From Thermodesulfobacterium commune DSM 2178 (GTDB lineage: Bacteria; Desulfobacterota; Thermodesulfobacteria; Thermodesulfobacteriales; Thermodesulfobacteriaceae): DNA of 32,000 nt. The notes under the pieces are model-generated. The model was not told where the DNA came from. It did not search any database and saw only the letters and a list, made by a program, of their open reading frames with translations. The translations under genes were made by a program, and so were the position numbers. The DNA lies in contig NZ_CP008796.1 of the NCBI RefSeq assembly GCF_000734015.1, positions 690,001 through 722,000 of the forward strand. Direction: 5' to 3'. The first letter of the stretch is position 1, and each line of letters starts with the position of its first letter. Shown here in pieces: positions 28,009 to 32,000 of the stretch.

Positions 28009-28044
28009 TCATAGTTAAAATATCAATTTTAACTATGATGTCAA
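28009..28044 (-). promoter_or_regulatory. Promoter TTGACA-16-TGaTATTTT overlapped by a perfect 13-bp palindrome, directly abutting the amzA ATG
   Basis: Minus-strand -35 at 28044-28039 and -10 at 28022-28017, with TG at 28025-28024. The palindrome is TCATAGTTAAAAT (28009-28021), spacer atca, ATTTTAACTATGA (28026-28038). The ATG at 28007 is 9 nt after the -10. Confidence 0.45.
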
Positions 28045-28064
28045 GTTCTTTAGAAGATTTTTTT

Positions 28065-28112
28065 CTATAAGAGGTCCTGTGAGATTAACCAACCTTACAA
28101 GACCTCTTATAG
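28065..28112. other. Long intergenic hairpin after the helicase stop (12 perfect bp, extendable to about 19), with no U tract
   Basis: CTATAAGAGGTC (28065-28076) pairs perfectly with GACCTCTTATAG (28101-28112). The inner arms CTGTGAG/CTTACAAG extend the stem with one mismatch and one G-U pair. T7 lies on the plus strand to the left, which is A7 downstream on the helicase mRNA. Confidence 0.5.
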
Positions 28113-28119
28113 TTAGATG

Positions 28120-29232
28120 TTATATGGATTTGACCATAGGTTTGACTTTAGTTTTAAACATGATATTTCTTAAAAACTTCTCTTCAGACCTACTCATCAA
28201 AGAGATAGCCGTACCAGTTTGACCAGCCCTTCCGGTTCTGCCTATACGATGGATATAAGATTCGGCATCCTTAGGCAGTCCATAGTTGATTACCAATCCA
28301 ACATCTTTAATGTCTAAACCCCTCGAGGCTACGTCGGTTGCTACTAAAATTTTAAATTCTCCTGCCTTAAAACCCCTCATCACCATCTCTCTTTTTTTCT
28401 GCGGATAATCTCCATGTATAGCTTTTACTGAGTAGCCCTCTTCCCTTAAAGCTTTGGCTAACTCTTCTGCCTCTAACTTAGTTTGCACAAAAATAATGAT
28501 CTTAGGTTCTTGCCAGATAGATAAAATTGCCGTTAGTTTTTCAAACTTCATATGAGAAGGCACTTTGTAAACCTCTTGGGTTATCTGTTTTAACGTAATC
28601 TCTTCAGGTTTAATTTTTATGGTTTTATAACCATCTCTAAGGTATTTTTCTGCTAAAATCAAAATTTCCTTAGGTAAGGTGGCAGAAAAAAGAAGGGTTT
28701 GTCTTTCCTTAGGGGTTTGAGAAATTATGTAATCGATATCGTCTATAAAACCCATGTCAAGCATCCTATCTGCCTCATCTAAGACTAACATCTTTATACC
28801 ATCAAGCTTAAGATATCCTCTATTGATAAGGTCTTTAATCCTTCCGGGAGTACCTACTAAAACCTTCCCTACCCTTTTTTGTAAAAGTTCTATCTGTTTT
28901 TTTAAAGGTTTCCCTCCATAAAAGGTAAGCACAAAAATCCTCTTATTCTTTCCTATGTTTCTTATTTCTTCACTAACCTGAATGGCAAGCTCTCTGGTAG
29001 GGACAAGGATTAAGGCTTGAAGTTCCTTCTTTTTAAACTCTACCTTCTCTACGATAGGAATTCCAAAAGCGGCAGTTTTGCCTGTACCAGTTTGAGCCTG
29101 ACCTACTAAATCCTCTCCTGCTAAAATAAAAGGTATAGCCTTTTTTTGAATGTCTGTAGGGTCTTTATAACCCATAATGTCTAACGCCTCAAGCGTTTTC
29201 TTAGAAAGGTTAAAACTTTGAAAAGTTAACAT
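28120..29232 (-). CDS. DEAD-box ATP-dependent RNA helicase (minimal two-RecA core, 370 aa)
   Basis: Q motif (PTDIQ), AQTGTGKT, PTRELA, DEAD, SAT and HRIGRTGRAG. GGAGG is the SD. Confidence 0.9.
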   Translation of the reverse strand: MLTFQSFNLSKKTLEALDIMGYKDPTDIQKKAIPFILAGEDLVGQAQTGTGKTAAFGIPIVEKVEFKKKELQALILVPTRELAIQVSEEIRNIGKNKRIFVLTFYGGKPLKKQIELLQKRVGKVLVGTPGRIKDLINRGYLKLDGIKMLVLDEADRMLDMGFIDDIDYIISQTPKERQTLLFSATLPKEILILAEKYLRDGYKTIKIKPEEITLKQITQEVYKVPSHMKFEKLTAILSIWQEPKIIIFVQTKLEAEELAKALREEGYSVKAIHGDYPQKKREMVMRGFKAGEFKILVATDVASRGLDIKDVGLVINYGLPKDAESYIHRIGRTGRAGQTGTAISLMSRSEEKFLRNIMFKTKVKPMVKSI

Positions 29233-29507
29233 AAATCCTCCATGATTTGTTTAATTTGTTAGCAGAGAAAAGAAGTTATATGAAAATTAAACCGAGACCT
29301 TAAGGGAATTTTAAATAACCTCTTTTTACTGCTTTGTTAAACAATAACACTACAACAAAAAAAAACAAGAGACTAAACCATAATTTATTATTTTTATTAG
29401 TATCTAAATTAATTTAAAAATCTAACCCCTAAAATCAACCTTGACTATTTAAACAAATTTTTTTATTTAATATTTTTATAAGCAATTTAAACCAAGGGGG
29501 TTATAAT

Positions 29508-31487
29508 ATGGGGGTGCCTAAAGTATTAACCATCTTAGGACAAACCGACGCAGGTAAGGCAAAACTTTCTGAAGCACTATGTAAAGTTTGTGGAGAAACC
29601 ATTAAAGGACAAAAAAAAGAGTCCAACTTTTATCTTAAAATCTACGGGTTTAATTATAAAGATACACCTTTCTATCTGTTAACCACCCCAGGGGATGAAA
29701 ACTTTTTAGGTGAAGTAAAGTGGGCCTTAAAAGTCTCTGATGCAGCTATTTTGGTGGTAGACTCTTCCAATCCTATTAAATATCAAACTATAAGAGTGTT
29801 TGAAATGGCAAAAGAAATGGGTGTTCCGCTTTTTATCTTTATAAATAAAATAGACGAAGAAAAGAGTAATTTTGGTCAAACCATCTGTGACCTTCAGGAT
29901 AACTTAGAGATCTTACAAGTACCTGTCGTTTATATCTTTGAAGGTCAACCTAATAACCTTTTGGTAGATTTGGTAGAAGATAAAGCTATCCTAGAAAAAG
30001 GAAATAAGATTGAATACATAGATTATCCGGAAAATGTGAAACATAGAGTTTCTACTTTAAGGGAAAACCTTATAGAAACTGCAGCTGAAGGTAAAGACGA
30101 ATTAATAGAAAAATATCTGGATACAGGTAGTTTAACTAAGGAAGAAATATTAGAAGGACTAAAATTAGGGTTAGCTAACAATAAAATTGCCTTAATCTTT
30201 GCTGGTGCTGCCAAACCAGGCATAGGAGTATCTGTCTTTCTGGAATACTTATATCATTTTGTACCTTCCTATGAGTTAGTAAGAACACGTATAGAAGCAG
30301 ACGAAAAATCTTCTGGTTTTATCTTTAAAACCATCATAGATCCCTTCGCTGGCAAACTCTCTTATGGAAGGGTATTTGCTGGTTCTTTCTTCTCAGACAA
30401 CACAATCTTTACGTCTAATGGAAAGGAAGAAAAATACACACAAATTTTTGTCCCAAGAGGAGATGGATTACAGCAAGTAAAAGAAGTTAAAGAAGGAGAG
30501 GTTATCGTTTTTGCCAAGGTTGACGGTTTATATACAGGGATCACTTTTTCCAAAAATCCTAAGTTTAAACCTATTGCTTTACCAGAACTTCCTTCTCCTA
30601 TGATTACTATGGCTATCCATCCAGAAACCAGAGCTGACGAAGATAAAATAAGTGGGGCTTTGGTAAAAATAAAAGAAGAAGACCCCTCTATAATCTTTAC
30701 CAGAGATGAAGAAACTAAAGAACTTCTTATCTCCGGGTTAGGAGTATTACACATAGAAAAAACCATAGAAAAATTAAGAGAAAAGTTTGGAGTAAAGGTA
30801 AAACTCTCTACCCCTAAGATTCCTTATAGAGAAACCATCAAAAAAGCGGTACATGGAGTTATTTACCGACATAAAAAACAAAGCGGAGGTAGAGGACAGT
30901 TCGCTGAGGTACATTTTAATATTTTTCCATTAGAAAGGGGTAAAGGTTTTGAATTTTTAGAAACTCTTACCGGTATGAACGTTCCGAGAAACTATGTTCC
31001 GGCAGTAGAAAAAGGAGTAAGAGAAGCTATGGAAAGAGGTCCTTTAGCAGGATTCCCTGTGGTTGACGTGAAGGTACAATTTTACGACGGAAAGTCTCAT
31101 GAAGTAGACTCTTCTGACCTTGCTTTTAAGATAGCTGCTATACACTGTTTTAGGAAAGGTGTAGAGCAAGCTAACCCTGTACTTTTAGAGCCCTATGTAG
31201 AAATGGAGATATATGTTCCAGATGAAACTGTAGGAGATGTAGTAGGAGACCTAAACTCAAGAAGAGGTAGGGTTTTAGGGATTGAAAAAGATAAAAAGAT
31301 GACTAAAATATCTGCGGTGGTTCCTATGGCAGAGGTTCAAAATTATGTAGTATCTTTGCAAGGGTTTACAGGAGGAAGAGGGTATTTTATCTCCAGATTT
31401 TCTCATTACGAAGAAGCCCCACCTTTTGTGGCAGAAAAGGTGATTGCAGAAAGAAAATCTCAGATGGAGGCTGCTAAAGAAGAATGA
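29508..31487 (+). CDS. Elongation factor G paralogue with a degenerate GTPase domain
   Basis: Domains II-V are well conserved (YRHKKQSGGRGQFAEV, DGKSHEVDSSDLAFKIAA, GDLNSRRG). The G domain reads GQTDAGKA / TTPGD / NKID instead of AHIDAGKT / DTPGH / NKMD. GGGGGT is the SD. Confidence 0.85.
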   Translation: MGVPKVLTILGQTDAGKAKLSEALCKVCGETIKGQKKESNFYLKIYGFNYKDTPFYLLTTPGDENFLGEVKWALKVSDAAILVVDSSNPIKYQTIRVFEMAKEMGVPLFIFINKIDEEKSNFGQTICDLQDNLEILQVPVVYIFEGQPNNLLVDLVEDKAILEKGNKIEYIDYPENVKHRVSTLRENLIETAAEGKDELIEKYLDTGSLTKEEILEGLKLGLANNKIALIFAGAAKPGIGVSVFLEYLYHFVPSYELVRTRIEADEKSSGFIFKTIIDPFAGKLSYGRVFAGSFFSDNTIFTSNGKEEKYTQIFVPRGDGLQQVKEVKEGEVIVFAKVDGLYTGITFSKNPKFKPIALPELPSPMITMAIHPETRADEDKISGALVKIKEEDPSIIFTRDEETKELLISGLGVLHIEKTIEKLREKFGVKVKLSTPKIPYRETIKKAVHGVIYRHKKQSGGRGQFAEVHFNIFPLERGKGFEFLETLTGMNVPRNYVPAVEKGVREAMERGPLAGFPVVDVKVQFYDGKSHEVDSSDLAFKIAAIHCFRKGVEQANPVLLEPYVEMEIYVPDETVGDVVGDLNSRRGRVLGIEKDKKMTKISAVVPMAEVQNYVVSLQGFTGGRGYFISRFSHYEEAPPFVAEKVIAERKSQMEAAKEE

Positions 31488-31975
31488 TAAAAGTAGGTAT
31501 CCTTACCCTTAGTGATAAAGGATTTAAAGGGGAAAGAGAAGATAAAACCGGAGAACTTCTTAAAACCTTGGTAGAAAAAGAAGGCTGGCTGGTATCCAAA
31601 TATTTAATCCTACCTGATGAAAAAGAAAAGATAGTAGAAGTGTTAACCTCTTGGGCAGATAAAGAAAAGTTAGACCTTATTGTTACCAACGGAGGAACAG
31701 GGGTTTATCCAAGAGATGTCACCCCTGAAGCTACTAAAGAAATAATAGAAAAAGAAATCCCGGGGATCCCAGAATTTATAAGATATATAAGTTATCCCCT
31801 AACTCCGATGGCAGCCCTGACAAGGGGAATAGCTGGAGTTAGGGGAAAAACCCTTATCATCAACCTCCCTGGTAGCCCAAAAGCGATAAGCGAAATTTTT
31901 CCCAGTTTAATACCTATCATAAAACATGCTGTAGAGAAAATTAAAGGAGACCCAAGTGAGTGTGCCAGAAATTAA
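31484..31975 (+). CDS. mogA: Molybdopterin adenylyltransferase-type molybdenum cofactor protein (MogA/MoaB family)
   Basis: KVGILTLSDKG...TNGGTGVYPRDVTPEAT...INLPGSPKA. ATGA overlap with the EF-G-like stop. Confidence 0.85.
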   Translation: MIKVGILTLSDKGFKGEREDKTGELLKTLVEKEGWLVSKYLILPDEKEKIVEVLTSWADKEKLDLIVTNGGTGVYPRDVTPEATKEIIEKEIPGIPEFIRYISYPLTPMAALTRGIAGVRGKTLIINLPGSPKAISEIFPSLIPIIKHAVEKIKGDPSECARN

Positions 31976-32000
31976 ACTTTCTCAGATGGTCAAGGCTTCA
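31956..32000 (+). CDS. 5' end of an ORF running off the window (VSVPEIKLSQMVKAS...); weakly reminiscent of SelD/PurM-superfamily N-termini
   Basis: AAAGGAG at 31943-31949, followed by GTG at 31956 (or 31962), overlapping the mogA 3' end. An in-frame TAG at 31932-31934 bounds it upstream. Only 15 codons are visible. Confidence 0.3.
   Translation, partial: MSVPEIKLSQMVKAS

Noticed and set aside
29233-29507. Possible ncRNA or riboswitch in the 275-bp AT-rich gap between the helicase and the EF-G paralogue (contains an A9 run and a repeated ATTTAAAC)
   Set aside because: I could find no convincing stem-loops or conserved motif by eye. The gap is adequately explained as two divergent promoters and leaders (TTGACT at 29440-29445 for the plus gene).
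31474-31689. 71-aa minus-strand ORF across the EF-G-like/mogA junction
   Set aside because: It is antisense to two conserved genes, and its Ser-rich translation has no motif.

Overview
AT-rich (judged by eye, not computed), very gene-dense bacterial chromosome segment. The proteins are K/E/I-rich, Shine-Dalgarno sites are GGAGG or GGGGGT, and many gene junctions overlap by 1-4 nt, as in a small thermophile genome. Gene content (c3-type cytochromes, a SUMT/HemD fusion, archaemetzincin) suggests a Thermodesulfobacteriota- or Aquificota-like anaerobe; this is inference only. Most of the window is housekeeping. Plus strand: glmS (5'-truncated), a Cys-rich small ORF, rsfS, a purSL-hisD-pfk-ftsH-orf553 block, ligA, an EF-G paralogue and mogA. 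Minus strand: hflX, an fmdB-like/hemC/cobA-hemD/tyrS block, queF, trpS, a paaK-like gene, an archaemetzincin gene and a DEAD-box helicase gene. I found no rRNA, tRNA or CRISPR. The one clearly accessory system is a minus-strand four-gene operon at about 22.1-26.1 kb. It encodes a 12-haem cytochrome c built from three exact 117-aa tetrahaem modules, a 13-haem cytochrome c with a C-terminal membrane anchor, a four-His membrane cytochrome b and a tetrahaem c3. The first two junctions are TAATG stop/start overlaps and no catalytic or Fe-S subunit is present. I read it as a CbcBA-like quinol-linked multihaem electron conduit of undescribed composition. Inside it, an A9 tract puts the 13-haem gene out of frame with its own ATG and SD, a perfect EF-hand loop sits in a haem-free insert, and a 74-bp near-identical patch links two otherwise diverged modules. 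Other items for a second look are a MITE-like element with 23-bp inverted repeats and a 9-bp direct-repeat flank, an EF-G paralogue with every catalytic GTPase motif degraded, and an HflX with an extra N-terminal region of about 200 aa and a 104-nt convergent overlap with rsfS. Further items are a TrpRS with a Cys4 motif, three SD-less genes with promoters placed for leaderless mRNAs, and a perfect 13-bp palindrome over one of those promoters.
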